Of a DNA stretch of 64,000 nucleotides, positions 44,941 through 56,243 are shown in pieces. The number at the start of each line of letters is the position of its first letter. The first letter of the stretch is position 1. The translations under genes and the position numbers were made by a program. The stretch lies in IMG/VR virus record IMGVR_UViG_3300013383_000028, positions 1-64,000 of that record; one strand, given 5' to 3'. This DNA comes from a virus. Its lineage: Duplodnaviria > Caudoviricetes. The notes below the pieces were generated by a model. The model did not search any database. It was not told the origin of the DNA and saw only the letters and a list, made by a program, of their open reading frames with translations.

Positions 44941-47900
44941 ATGGCAGATTTTGAAAAGGTTCAACTTCAGGTAGAGGTTATCCGCACGCAGCTTGATTCG
45001 CTGGTGAAGGATGTAAACGGCCTGAAGGATCAGAAACTGAAACTCACTGTTGATTCCTCCGGGCTGGAAGCAATCAATCGGTTCAACACCTCTGTGCAGG
45101 CTATTACGCAGAATGTAGATGGTCTGAGCGGAAAGTTTACAAAGGTTTGGGCTGGCGCAGCAGATGGCGCACCGACCAGAACGATTGAAACCGTCAACGA
45201 AGGCCTTGGCCGCACAACTGAAATTATTCGGACTCTTGATAAGGAAACTCAGGAGTACACGACGGCTCAGACAAAAACAACTACCAACTACGATGCGATG
45301 GCAAAAGCGGCACAAAAGGCCGCTGAACAAAATCAAAAAGCAGCAGATCAGGCGAGAGCATACCTACTCACAGAAGAACAGGCAGCACAGAAAGCTGCAT
45401 CTGTCTATAACCCCACGCCGATGCAGCAGCAAATCGAGGCACTGACCGGTGTAAGCAACGCCACTAAGAGCGCAGCAGATAGTGCAAGGGTTTTTGAACA
45501 GGCGTGGGCAGACGCTTCCGGAAAGTCCACCGCTTCCGCGCAGCAGCAGGCGCAAGCGGCACAGAATGCGGCATCCAAGGTCGATACGCTTCGCAAAGGC
45601 TTCGCCGATCTCGGATTACAGATGACTTCCGCAGCGGATAAATACCCTGCGGGCACTTTTGATACTATTCAGTCGGATGCGCGACAGGCAAGTGCCGCGC
45701 TGGAAGAACTGTATAACAGTTGGAAAAGTGGAACCATCAGCGATCAGGAATTTATCGCTGGCGTAAAGGATGCTTCTGGTTCGTTGAAAAACCTTCGGGC
45801 GAACTACGCAGAGACACGCAACGAGACGGATAAGCTCACGAACTCCACCAACGTCCTTGGTGATACGTTCAGCCATATCGTCGGAAAAATCACCGTCTGG
45901 CAGGTCGTGAATGCGGCTGTTGCAAAGGTAAAGCGGTCGTTTACTGAAGCTATCGACACGATGAAGCAGGTCGACACTGAAATGACGGCCATCCAAAAGG
46001 TCACTGGCAACACCGCTGCCGAAATGGAGAAACTGGGCGATTCGGCGTATGAAGCTGCTTCCAAGTATGGCGTCGCAGTCACGGACTATCTGGAATCTGT
46101 CGGTACGTTCGCAAAGGCCGGTTATAAGGATATGTCGGAAGACATGGCAGAGCTTGCAACGAAGACACAGCTCGTCGGCGATGTGACTTCCGATATTGCG
46201 AACCAGTTTATCCTTTCCGCTGATGCGGCGTTCCAGATGAAGGGCAACGTCGATGAACTCAATACCGTCCTCGACAAGGCAAACGAGATCGAAAACAATT
46301 ACGCCACATCTATTCAGAAGATGGCCGAAGGCTTCCCGATTGTTGCAAATGTCGCATCGATGGCGAACATGTCCGTTGATGAACTGATGGCGGCACTTGG
46401 CACAATCACGGCTGTCACGCAGGAATCCGGTACAAAGGCAGCAACCGCTCTCCGCGCCCTGATCCTGAACATTATCGGAGATACAGAAACAGAAATTGAA
46501 GACGGCGTTTCTTGGACGAAGGAAGAAATCAACAGCCTTAACGACGCTCTCTGGATTTACGCCGAGGATGCAATGAGGGCTGCGCAGGAATCAGGAAAGC
46601 TCGTAGATCCAATGAAAGCGATTGCGAGCCTTTCCCAAGCCTATAAGGACGGTCTTCTGAACCAAGCGGAACTGGCTGACCTAGAATCCAAACTTGGCGG
46701 CAAGCTCCGAACCAATCAGCTTGATGCGCTTATCAAGAACTACGATATGTACGCCGAGATGCTGAATAAGGTAGCAAACTCTGCTGGCAGCGCCGACAAA
46801 GAAGTTGACATCATGCTGACGAGCTGGGATGCCAAGGCAAAAATTCTCAACAATACATGGACGAAGTTTATTGCAGACACGGTTGACACCGACTGGGCGA
46901 AAGGACTACTTGATACACTTACATGGCTGATTGAAGGATTCGGAAGTCTTGGAACAGCTGTCACTATTTTCGGCGGCGTTCTTGTCGCATTCAAATGGAA
47001 CAATATCGTAAGCAGCTTCAAAACTCTTGGAAGCGTTATTGGGGCGCTTCCTATGCTGTTCAGCAGTGCGAAGGGCGGAGCAGCTGGATTCGATGCCGGC
47101 ATGAAAGCGCTCAACATCTCGCTCACAAGTACACAGCTTCTTGTAGGCGCAGTTGTTGTGGCAATATCTGGGCTTGTAATTGCGTATAACAAAATTAAAG
47201 CGTCTATCGAAGAATCAAGGCAAGCGGCCATCGACGCAGGAGAAGCTTCTACCACGGAAGCGAAAGAAATCGTATCTCTATATCAGAACTACGAAGATCT
47301 TAGAAAAGCAGTCGAGGACGGAACAGGGTCTAAAACCGAGTTCATTGATGCGTCCGATAAACTGATTGACAAGCTCGGAATCGAGAAGAGCAGCGTATAC
47401 GACCTCAAGAAAGAACTCGGCGGGTTAACCGGAGCCTATAAGGAAGCCACGGCAGCAAAAATCGAAAGTGCGTTGTATGACGCAAAATCCGCAACTGCTG
47501 CAGCCAGAAAAAACCTCTTAGAGGGGAGCGGATACAGTGCAGCGCTGTATGGAGGGCCGGAAAAAGCTGCTGCTGAAGCTCAAAAAGAATATGACAGGCT
47601 TGTCTCAAAGCGCAATGAGATGCTTGACAACGGCGTTAGTTCTGGAAAAGCATACGAGAACATTACGTCTCGAATGTCCAAATTAAAGCCCCTTCTTGAT
47701 GAGTACAACGCTGCAATCGAAGATCAAACATACCTTGAAGGTGCTCACAAAGCAGCTCTGGACGGAACACTTGATAGCTACCTGAAATCCGAGGGAACTG
47801 TCAACGACTACACAGATGCGCTGAACAATGCGGCAGACACTGAAAAGACAACAGTCGAAACACTCCAAGAGTACGCGAAAACGCTGAAGCAGCAGGAAAG

Positions 47901-50139
47901 CGACCTGACAACTGCGTCGCAGGCGCTTGCTGAGTACCAGCAGAACGGCCGCGTCTCTGCATCTACAATGAAGTCACTTATCTCCATGAGTGACCAGTAT
48001 GTAAATGCGCTGACGGATGAAAACGGCAAACTTGATGTTTCGGAGAAAAAGCTGCGTGACCTCGTAGACACAATTTTGGACGATGTTGACGCGACGAACG
48101 ACCTAATCGGCGTCACGAAGAAGTCCAGTGGAGCTATGGATAGCTTCGTCACTGGCCTTAAAAATGCAGCAAAGCAGTCCGGCGTAACGGATGATGCAAT
48201 CGGAGATGTTGTTGCGAGCCTGATTATATTTAATAATACAGGTCTTTCTGTTAATGACAAAATCGCGGCGCTGCAGGCTCTCATTTTACAATTTGGCGTT
48301 TTGCAGTCTGTCGTTGACGGCATTAGCTTGAACAACATCGGCCGGGATGCAGGCATGACCGTAGAAGAAGCTCAGAAGAAATACGGCATGTCGCTTTCCG
48401 AAGCGCAGAGATATATCAACGACCAAACTGCGAAAGCCAAAAACAACGATCAGGCACTGATTGACTACTGGAACTCCCTTGCTTCGAACATTCCAGAGAC
48501 AAACACGTCTTCCGACGGCAGCTCCTCCGACGCAAACCTTGACGCACACAAACAGAAGGTCGAGCTTCTGAAATCCGAGCTGACCCTGATGGAAAAACAG
48601 GGAGCCAGCGAGGACGCACAGAAGGCCAAGATGAAGCAGATCCAGCAGGCGCTTCATGCGCAGGCACAGTATCTGCGCTCCATCGGCGGCAGTCAGGCAG
48701 ATATCAACGCGCTCTCCGCAGAATGGTGGGAGTGGCAGGAGAAGATCAACGGCACGCTCAAGAGCACAGACGACCTTCTGAGTGAGCTTCAGAGCGTTAT
48801 GTCAGATAAGCTTTCTGACCTTTCTGACCAGCGGCAGAATGAACTCGACGCCATCGATGAGCAGATCGACGCGCTGAAACAGCAGAAGGAAACCCGCGAC
48901 GAGCAGCTTGAGCTTGAGGAAAAAATCCTCGCAGTACAGGAAGCGCAGGCCAAGCTTGCCAACGCACAGAACGAGCGCACAATCCGGCAGTATAATGCCC
49001 GCACCGGCCAATGGGAGTGGGTGGCCGACCAGAAAGAGGTCGACAGTGCACAGGAAGCCTTGGATGATGCGCAGAAAGACCTTGAGGACTTCAAGGCGGA
49101 CATGGCCTATGAAGCGGCACTGGCTGAACTGCAGGCAAAGAAAGACGCAATCAACGATCAGTACGACGCGCTTGAAAAGAACTACAACAACTTCCTGAAG
49201 TCCCTCAAGGAAAAAACACGCGGCATTGGCGAAATCCTTCAGGATATCTGGAAAAACGCCACACCGGAACTCAAGCAGATCATCCTTGAGAACGCAGAGC
49301 TTTTCCGCCAGTTCGGTTTCGATGTCGCGGAACTGTCCGACGCGGTGAAGGATACGGCAAAGAAATTGTATGGTGTATCCGCGAACGGTGACAGGTATGA
49401 AATTGGAAGTGATAAGGGACTGGACTTTATCGACAATAAGCCTGCTGGCTCCACCATGACCGGCGGCGATGGCTCCACATGGACAAAAAATGCTGACGGA
49501 ACAGTCACAATCGTTGATAAGGACGGCATTTCTTACACTGTATATCCGGACGGAAACTCTGGAAATTCCAACAGCGGCTCATCTGGCGGACAAAAGTACA
49601 GCGGGACTGTTCGGGCGATCAGAAACGATGGTAACGGTGATGACTACACGATATCCAGCGCAGCAGGTCTGAACTTCCTGAACAATGAACCTGCCGGCGC
49701 AACGATGCGTGGCGGTGACGGTTCGTACTGGGTCAAGAATGCGGACGGAACAACGTCCATTACTGACAAGTACGGTATCGGCTATACGGTCTACGACAGG
49801 GGCGGCATCCTTCACGGGATGGGTGGCATCAAGGCCACTATGCAGGATGAAGGAATCACGCCACCGGACGTAACGGCGCTGCTCAAGAAGCGGCTGCTGT
49901 CACCGGTTGGAGACGCGAATTTCGACCGAAATATGGATGCGTTGAGATGGATGCTGTCTGAGCGCGGGATCGGCGCTGAATCGGTCTCCAACGCTTCCTA
50001 CGACAACCACAGTATCGGCACGCAACACAATGGCAACCTGTATCAGTTCGGCAATGTAACGATCGGCGAGCGGCAAGCATGCGACACAAGCGTCAAGAGG
50101 TTCGCAGATCTCGCATTTGGACTTGGAAACTTCAGTTAA
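44941..50139 (+). CDS. Tape measure protein
   Basis: 1732 aa, Ala-rich helical; QVDTEMTAIQKVT, TQESGTKAATALRAL. Confidence 0.92.
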   Translation: MADFEKVQLQVEVIRTQLDSLVKDVNGLKDQKLKLTVDSSGLEAINRFNTSVQAITQNVDGLSGKFTKVWAGAADGAPTRTIETVNEGLGRTTEIIRTLDKETQEYTTAQTKTTTNYDAMAKAAQKAAEQNQKAADQARAYLLTEEQAAQKAASVYNPTPMQQQIEALTGVSNATKSAADSARVFEQAWADASGKSTASAQQQAQAAQNAASKVDTLRKGFADLGLQMTSAADKYPAGTFDTIQSDARQASAALEELYNSWKSGTISDQEFIAGVKDASGSLKNLRANYAETRNETDKLTNSTNVLGDTFSHIVGKITVWQVVNAAVAKVKRSFTEAIDTMKQVDTEMTAIQKVTGNTAAEMEKLGDSAYEAASKYGVAVTDYLESVGTFAKAGYKDMSEDMAELATKTQLVGDVTSDIANQFILSADAAFQMKGNVDELNTVLDKANEIENNYATSIQKMAEGFPIVANVASMANMSVDELMAALGTITAVTQESGTKAATALRALILNIIGDTETEIEDGVSWTKEEINSLNDALWIYAEDAMRAAQESGKLVDPMKAIASLSQAYKDGLLNQAELADLESKLGGKLRTNQLDALIKNYDMYAEMLNKVANSAGSADKEVDIMLTSWDAKAKILNNTWTKFIADTVDTDWAKGLLDTLTWLIEGFGSLGTAVTIFGGVLVAFKWNNIVSSFKTLGSVIGALPMLFSSAKGGAAGFDAGMKALNISLTSTQLLVGAVVVAISGLVIAYNKIKASIEESRQAAIDAGEASTTEAKEIVSLYQNYEDLRKAVEDGTGSKTEFIDASDKLIDKLGIEKSSVYDLKKELGGLTGAYKEATAAKIESALYDAKSATAAARKNLLEGSGYSAALYGGPEKAAAEAQKEYDRLVSKRNEMLDNGVSSGKAYENITSRMSKLKPLLDEYNAAIEDQTYLEGAHKAALDGTLDSYLKSEGTVNDYTDALNNAADTEKTTVETLQEYAKTLKQQESDLTTASQALAEYQQNGRVSASTMKSLISMSDQYVNALTDENGKLDVSEKKLRDLVDTILDDVDATNDLIGVTKKSSGAMDSFVTGLKNAAKQSGVTDDAIGDVVASLIIFNNTGLSVNDKIAALQALILQFGVLQSVVDGISLNNIGRDAGMTVEEAQKKYGMSLSEAQRYINDQTAKAKNNDQALIDYWNSLASNIPETNTSSDGSSSDANLDAHKQKVELLKSELTLMEKQGASEDAQKAKMKQIQQALHAQAQYLRSIGGSQADINALSAEWWEWQEKINGTLKSTDDLLSELQSVMSDKLSDLSDQRQNELDAIDEQIDALKQQKETRDEQLELEEKILAVQEAQAKLANAQNERTIRQYNARTGQWEWVADQKEVDSAQEALDDAQKDLEDFKADMAYEAALAELQAKKDAINDQYDALEKNYNNFLKSLKEKTRGIGEILQDIWKNATPELKQIILENAELFRQFGFDVAELSDAVKDTAKKLYGVSANGDRYEIGSDKGLDFIDNKPAGSTMTGGDGSTWTKNADGTVTIVDKDGISYTVYPDGNSGNSNSGSSGGQKYSGTVRAIRNDGNGDDYTISSAAGLNFLNNEPAGATMRGGDGSYWVKNADGTTSITDKYGIGYTVYDRGGILHGMGGIKATMQDEGITPPDVTALLKKRLLSPVGDANFDRNMDALRWMLSERGIGAESVSNASYDNHSIGTQHNGNLYQFGNVTIGERQACDTSVKRFADLAFGLGNFS

Positions 50140-50159
50140 AACGGAACGGAGGAAAGATT

Positions 50160-53100
50160 ATGCTTTATCAGCCGACAAACGTATACCCTAGTCTGACCGG
50201 CGCACTCGGGAACGGCGTTGTGGATGCCAACAACAATCTGACTGTGAGCTGGCAAGTAAACGGTAACTCCGCACTTCAAATGTTCTCCATTACCATTTAT
50301 AAGAACGACACCGATTCTACGCAGGTATACTCGACCGGAATACAATCCAAGGGATGCCCGTTCTACGGAACGGACTATGCTGGAAATGTCCATTTCTTCA
50401 GCTATACGATTTCTGCGGCTGCTCTTGCAACAGCTGGCATCGTGAACGGTGAGAACTATAAGATTAAAATCAAGCAGTGGTGGGGCATCGGAGAGTTTGT
50501 CGACCAAACATCTCCGAGTGCGTTCATCACGCGCGCCACGCCGTCCATTGCGGTCGATGTTGTTCCAACCCCACTGAAACAGAGAAGCTATACGTTTTAC
50601 GCGACCTATACGCAAGCGCAAAGCGATGCATTGAACTGGGTCCGATGGGAACTGGAAAACGAAAACGAAGGAGACACCGTTGATGATACCGGGAAAATTT
50701 ACGGCACATCACAGCTACAGTATGCGTATGATGGATTCGCGGATGGGCACGTGTACTATATTCGGTGCACCATTCAAACAGAAAATGGAGTTGAAGCGGC
50801 AAGCAACTGGGTCGGATTTCTTGTCTCCTATGAAACATCCGAACTTCCTGGAGAATTTCTTGCATGCCAAAGCATCAGAGGTAACGGCGTAAAGCTTGCT
50901 CTCCCAACGGCCAAGGACATACCGGCTGAAATTGAGGGGAACTACGATATTGCAAACAGCATTGCCAGACTGCAAAACGGCACTATTGCGAAGTGGGCAG
51001 CTGTAAATGGCGTAAAGATGTCACTCGAAGCACCATTCAACTTTGTGTGGAAGGGAAAAATGAATGCGATTGGGCCGTTTGCAGAAGTGATTGGAGACGG
51101 TCAGAGCTATTCTGAAATAACTGTCAAGTCAGAATCGAACGACATTGCATTCACCTCGGCAAATAACCTTCCATTTTCCAACGTCGAATCCCCGTCTGTT
51201 TGCTATGGAGTTGGCAAATATGTCATGGCATGCTCTGCGGGGCTGGCGTATTCCGCAGATGGTATTACATGGACGGCCATTTCTGATGACGAGATTGCCC
51301 CTAATACAGGCTGGAGTGTGTGCTTCAAAGGCCCAACGCTATACTCCGAAGCAATTTTCTACGCCGTTGCAGCGGATGGAACGCTGATTTACTCCCACGA
51401 CGGTGTAAACTGGACATACGCGAAATCGTTTACAAAACAGTGCAGGCGTATATCGTTTGCAAACGATTCATTCTTCGTGACGTACCTGAATAGTGGGATT
51501 GCAAGGTATAAAGATGGAACCGACGAGTGGGAAGACATCAATATGCCGAACGTTGGATATTACTCCGTCGCATACGGCAATGGCGTATACATCGCAACAA
51601 ATGCAGATGAGATTGCATATTCGTATGATGGCACCAATTGGAGTGCAATGAGCGTGCCGAGGGCAACCGTTAAAAGTGCATGCTATGGGAACGGCGTATT
51701 CATCGCAATCAACGACAATGAGGAAAGCAGCACAGGACTGTACTCCTATAACGGGAGAACATGGCATGTGCTTACGCTTCCCACAACCGCTGTTTGGAAC
51801 GCTATCACGTATGGCAACGGAATATTCATGCTCGTCGGTGACAATGACGTCCGGACATCGGAAGATGGATTCTCATGGAGTGCGAATCTTAATTCAAGCG
51901 CTGCATTTGCCGCAGCTTGCTTTGGAAACGGGAAGTTCTCTATAATCCCGTCGTCCGCATCTGGCGCACTTATTACGAATGAGATCACAAAAACAATCTC
52001 CCTACAGTTCGATGACACGACAATATTGTCAACACAGATTCCAGAAAGCGAAGAAATGGCAATCCTTGTGGACGATACAACCGCCTACGTATCGGTAGAC
52101 AAAGGAAATCTAACATGGGATAACGGAAGTGTGCCTGCTGCTGTAAACGGAAGCACCGGCGTACAGGTCTGTTACGGGAATGGACGGTACGTCGAAGTTT
52201 CATCCTACGGTAGCGCACTGTATAGCGATGATGGAGAGACGTGGCTGCAATCGAACTCGTATGGAGATTACCCGGGAAGTTATTCCAACTCGAACCTCTT
52301 GTATGCGAACGGAAAGTTCTACGCGTTCCAGTACTCGAATCCGGGTTATGCAATGCGTTCCACTGACGGTGTGACGTGGGAACAATTTACCACGAACGTT
52401 ACAGAAACCGGATTTGAAAGTGTCATTCATGACGGGGCAAAGTTCTGCGCAGTCGGGAATAATAACTACATTTATACAAGTACGGATGGCCAGACTTGGA
52501 CGCATAAAGGGACAATAGATGCAGAGAACTGCCTTTGTGTCCGGATGATTTTTGCGAACGGAACATATGTGGTGCTGCTTGACGATACAACAGGATACGC
52601 TTCAAGAATTGCGCGCTCGAAGGATCTCATAAATTGGACGTTTAAGTTCGCAAGCGATTTCTCATGGGAAAACCCGTTGATGCGAAACTGGGGGCTACAG
52701 ATACATGACGGAACTTATGGAAATGGGCGCTTCGTCGTTTCTGGTGGTTCCCTCTATCAAGATGCTTATTACCACGCAGTTACCATACAAAGCGAAGACG
52801 GCGAGAACTGGACAGCATCTGAACGCACGAACATCGGTACTGATACACGTATCACGTTTTACCGGAGTAAGTTCCTCATGTACTCCTCTGGCGCACTTAA
52901 TGAAGCTATTATAAGTAATGATGGCGTTAACTGGGAATACGTCTATTTTCCGTATCGAGGAACATTCACCGTATGCGCAGGAGATAAACTCATCGCATTT
53001 GAGGGTGACAGCAGCGCTGCGGCCTATTCGGACGGAATCATTGATATCAAGTCAGCGAGCATAGGCGTGAACTTTGACAAGATAACCCGCATCGTACTGA

Positions 53101-53930
53101 ATGGATTCCAAGAATGCGACTATGTGTTTGTGTCTGACGGGAACCTTTCTGCGACGCAGAAGGAAACCATCCTATACAACTATTCGTACCATCCAAGAGA
53201 TATCCAAGCGCTATTCTATGCGGATTTCGATTCTGGCACGAACGCAGGCGGATTCGGGAACACCGGCGTGACCGATTTCGCAATCTATCGAACTTCACCC
53301 GGAAACGATGACAAGCTGATGCATGTCTATGATATTTCCGTCGGAGATGGTGATGTCGTGATCGACGCAAGCGCTGCGACAGGTATCCCGTATGTGTACT
53401 ATGCATACGAAATCGGCTCTGGCGCTACCGGCGTGCTGGAAAGCAATCAGATTGCTACATGCATATGGGACTGGTCGATCCTCTCCTGCACGCAGGATAC
53501 AGATGGAGCCTATCACCCGCAGCAGATATTTACGTTCGGGAAAAACCTGACGACCGGTGACATCAGCAACAATAATACTCCGCAGATCATACAGAACTTC
53601 ACGCAGTACCCGACCATTCAGATGGCACCGTTCAACTATAAGAGCGGAACCCTGACAAGCCTGATCGGCGCAATTGTTGACGGGAAATACTCCGATACGG
53701 CAAAGCTTAGAAATGAAATATTGGTGCTTTCTACGACCAGCAATACACTGTTCCTGAAGAGCCGAAAAGGCGACATCATGAAGATCAGAATCAGCGGTCC
53801 GATTGAGTATTCGATGCTTGACAATTCTTTCACGCAGGCACAAACGGTCAAGGTTCCTTGGGTAGAAGTCGGCGATGCGGATGATAACAGGATCATCATA
53901 ACGAAGTATGATACCACATGGCCTTACTGA
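50160..53930 (+). CDS. Tail-tip protein with FN3-like N-terminus and about 11 Asp-box (SxDGxxW) repeats
   Basis: YSADGITW, YSHDGVNW, YSYDGTNW, TSEDGFSW, YSDDGETW, RSTDGVTW etc. Confidence 0.75.
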   Translation: MLYQPTNVYPSLTGALGNGVVDANNNLTVSWQVNGNSALQMFSITIYKNDTDSTQVYSTGIQSKGCPFYGTDYAGNVHFFSYTISAAALATAGIVNGENYKIKIKQWWGIGEFVDQTSPSAFITRATPSIAVDVVPTPLKQRSYTFYATYTQAQSDALNWVRWELENENEGDTVDDTGKIYGTSQLQYAYDGFADGHVYYIRCTIQTENGVEAASNWVGFLVSYETSELPGEFLACQSIRGNGVKLALPTAKDIPAEIEGNYDIANSIARLQNGTIAKWAAVNGVKMSLEAPFNFVWKGKMNAIGPFAEVIGDGQSYSEITVKSESNDIAFTSANNLPFSNVESPSVCYGVGKYVMACSAGLAYSADGITWTAISDDEIAPNTGWSVCFKGPTLYSEAIFYAVAADGTLIYSHDGVNWTYAKSFTKQCRRISFANDSFFVTYLNSGIARYKDGTDEWEDINMPNVGYYSVAYGNGVYIATNADEIAYSYDGTNWSAMSVPRATVKSACYGNGVFIAINDNEESSTGLYSYNGRTWHVLTLPTTAVWNAITYGNGIFMLVGDNDVRTSEDGFSWSANLNSSAAFAAACFGNGKFSIIPSSASGALITNEITKTISLQFDDTTILSTQIPESEEMAILVDDTTAYVSVDKGNLTWDNGSVPAAVNGSTGVQVCYGNGRYVEVSSYGSALYSDDGETWLQSNSYGDYPGSYSNSNLLYANGKFYAFQYSNPGYAMRSTDGVTWEQFTTNVTETGFESVIHDGAKFCAVGNNNYIYTSTDGQTWTHKGTIDAENCLCVRMIFANGTYVVLLDDTTGYASRIARSKDLINWTFKFASDFSWENPLMRNWGLQIHDGTYGNGRFVVSGGSLYQDAYYHAVTIQSEDGENWTASERTNIGTDTRITFYRSKFLMYSSGALNEAIISNDGVNWEYVYFPYRGTFTVCAGDKLIAFEGDSSAAAYSDGIIDIKSASIGVNFDKITRIVLNGFQECDYVFVSDGNLSATQKETILYNYSYHPRDIQALFYADFDSGTNAGGFGNTGVTDFAIYRTSPGNDDKLMHVYDISVGDGDVVIDASAATGIPYVYYAYEIGSGATGVLESNQIATCIWDWSILSCTQDTDGAYHPQQIFTFGKNLTTGDISNNNTPQIIQNFTQYPTIQMAPFNYKSGTLTSLIGAIVDGKYSDTAKLRNEILVLSTTSNTLFLKSRKGDIMKIRISGPIEYSMLDNSFTQAQTVKVPWVEVGDADDNRIIITKYDTTWPY

Positions 53931-53950
53931 ACGAAACGGGGGTGCTTTGA

Positions 53951-56224
53951 ATGTCATTTTCGATAAGCTTTATGGCGCGGACGCAAAGAAACATCAGGGT
54001 AACGGCGGCTGACGTAAGCTGGGCTGAAAACAGTTCGTACAGAATGCATTGGCTGCTCACCGCAAACGGAAGCGATATCAGTGAAGGATGGGTTGGATAT
54101 TCGGAGTCGAGCGTATACTTGTTCGACTTCGGAAAATCCTACTACGAACCAGGACAATATCAGGTTACGGCACGCCTCTATGAGGGCACGACATTTATTG
54201 AGCTGCAAAGAGAATCCTTTGAATTTCCGTGCAATGTAAGCATATACGCAAATGACGGAAGTGGGGATTCGCAGGAAGAAAGCGTCAGCTACGGTACAAC
54301 TTATACCATCCCAGAATGCCCGTTCTCAGCTCCATCCGGAAAAACATTCGCAGGATATGCCGGTACTGCCACTGCAACGACCGCGCAGTGGCAGCCCGGA
54401 CAGACAACCACAGTGAACGTAGACCGCGACTTTTACTGCGTTTGGGCTGATATACCCGTAGAGACGTACACAATCACCTATGACGCGAACGGCGGATATG
54501 GTGCGCCTCCGCAGCAGACGGTCGACGGCATTTATATTATAATAAGTGATACCGTCCCAACAAGGAGTGGATACACATTTGCCGGATGGATGGGCGTCGG
54601 AGCTACTTCAGGCCAAGAAGTATGGCGGCAGCCCGGTCAGGCTCTGGGAAACATCACAGAGGACTATACGTTCACTGCCGAATGGTATGTCTACGCAATT
54701 ACGGCGATTGCAGGAGATTACGTATCAAGCGTTTCCCGTGAGTGGCATGGCCTCCCATATATCGACTATCTGGGGAATACGTACACCTCTTCTCGGCTGA
54801 CGTGCCAGCTCGCATCTCCGACTGGGTATACCGTCTCCTTTGATGGCTGGTATGATTCCAACGATTCAAAGGTTTCAAGCAACCAGACATACACCGTCTC
54901 AAATCTGACAAGCGACATCACCCTTACGGCAAAAGCAACTGCAGTAGCATTGCCAACGTACACCGTAACGTACCGCCCCGGAACAGATGGGACAGGATCT
55001 GTGCAGACGGATACAAAAATCGAAAATGTGACTTTGACGTTGAAAGGCGCTGTGTTTACCCGGAGCGGTTACGAGCAGAATGGTTGGGCAACTTCCGATG
55101 GCGGAACTAAAGCATACGAACTCGGAGCGCAGTACACAGCAAACGCGGCTATCACACTGTATCCGACGTGGAAAAGCACTGCAGTAGAGATCGGCAGTCT
55201 TGATACGGGAAGCATCGTAAAACTCAATGTGAATGGGTCCCCAGTCGAGTTTATAGTCGTGAATCAGGGAATCCCGGAAAACAGTTCACTGTATGACGCC
55301 AGCTGCAACGGAACGTGGCTGCTGATGAAGGACATTTACGAGAACCGCGCTTGGAATGGAACGGATGTAAACAACTACGCAGCCAGCGATCTGAATACGT
55401 ACTTGAACAATACGTTCTTTGCTTCGCTTGGTTCCAAGGAAAAAAATGCAGCGATGCAGGTCAAACTTCCATATGGTGACGGGACATCTGTGATTTCTGG
55501 TGCAAATGGCGTTGCGGCAAAGACGTTCCTCATATCTGCAATTGAGCTAGGACAAAGTGCTGCAGCTACAGAGTACAAAGCAAATTTCGCAGATAACACT
55601 TGGGCGGAAATCATCGAAGCATGCCAGACCAACAGCGTCCCGGATACATGGGTTGTTGGAGATCAGAAGACGATGAGCATCGGTGAATCGTACAAGATCA
55701 ATATCATAGGCAAGAATCACGACACCTATTCTGACGGCTCCGGCACTGCACCGCTGACTTTGCAGATGCATGAGGTTTATAATCTCTCAACCAAGATGAG
55801 CAACGACGCTTCCAACGCTGGTGGCTGGAAAGATTCTATTGTTCGTACTACCACAATGAATACACTTTTGAACGGGATGCCGGATGAAGTCAAGGCAGCC
55901 GTGCGCGAGGTATCCAAGCTGACCAGCGCCGGACAGGGGAGCGAGACGATCGTAACGACGGCAGACAAGCTGTTCATTCCTTCAGAGGTGGAGATCACCG
56001 GCTCGGCGGAACACAGTGCACCGGGCGAGGGCACGCAGTACCCGTATTATGAGACGCCTGCGAATCGGATGAAATATACTCGCAATGATGTAAACACCGA
56101 GTGGTGGACACGCTCGCCGGTGTACCAACAAGGCTGGAATTACGTAGGGTTCTATCAGAGCGGAAACGCATACGGCGCGCAGGCAAATAAGGCCCTGCGC
56201 GTGGCGGCGGCATTCTGTTTCTGA
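53951..56224 (+). CDS. Adhesin: InlB-B-like repeats plus half a DUF6273 domain plus a complete DUF6273 domain
   Basis: TYDANGG..., FTRSGY..GW repeats; GTWLLMKDIYENR; WWTRSP...VAAAFCF. Confidence 0.75.
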   Translation: MSFSISFMARTQRNIRVTAADVSWAENSSYRMHWLLTANGSDISEGWVGYSESSVYLFDFGKSYYEPGQYQVTARLYEGTTFIELQRESFEFPCNVSIYANDGSGDSQEESVSYGTTYTIPECPFSAPSGKTFAGYAGTATATTAQWQPGQTTTVNVDRDFYCVWADIPVETYTITYDANGGYGAPPQQTVDGIYIIISDTVPTRSGYTFAGWMGVGATSGQEVWRQPGQALGNITEDYTFTAEWYVYAITAIAGDYVSSVSREWHGLPYIDYLGNTYTSSRLTCQLASPTGYTVSFDGWYDSNDSKVSSNQTYTVSNLTSDITLTAKATAVALPTYTVTYRPGTDGTGSVQTDTKIENVTLTLKGAVFTRSGYEQNGWATSDGGTKAYELGAQYTANAAITLYPTWKSTAVEIGSLDTGSIVKLNVNGSPVEFIVVNQGIPENSSLYDASCNGTWLLMKDIYENRAWNGTDVNNYAASDLNTYLNNTFFASLGSKEKNAAMQVKLPYGDGTSVISGANGVAAKTFLISAIELGQSAAATEYKANFADNTWAEIIEACQTNSVPDTWVVGDQKTMSIGESYKINIIGKNHDTYSDGSGTAPLTLQMHEVYNLSTKMSNDASNAGGWKDSIVRTTTMNTLLNGMPDEVKAAVREVSKLTSAGQGSETIVTTADKLFIPSEVEITGSAEHSAPGEGTQYPYYETPANRMKYTRNDVNTEWWTRSPVYQQGWNYVGFYQSGNAYGAQANKALRVAAAFCF

Positions 56225-56243
56225 TGGGAAAGGAGATTGAGCA

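Noticed and set aside
56095-56224. C-terminal WWTRSP...AAAFCF segment resembling a DGR variable region
   Set aside because: No reverse transcriptase, avd-like gene or adenine-rich template repeat was seen in the window; a DGR outside the window cannot be excluded.
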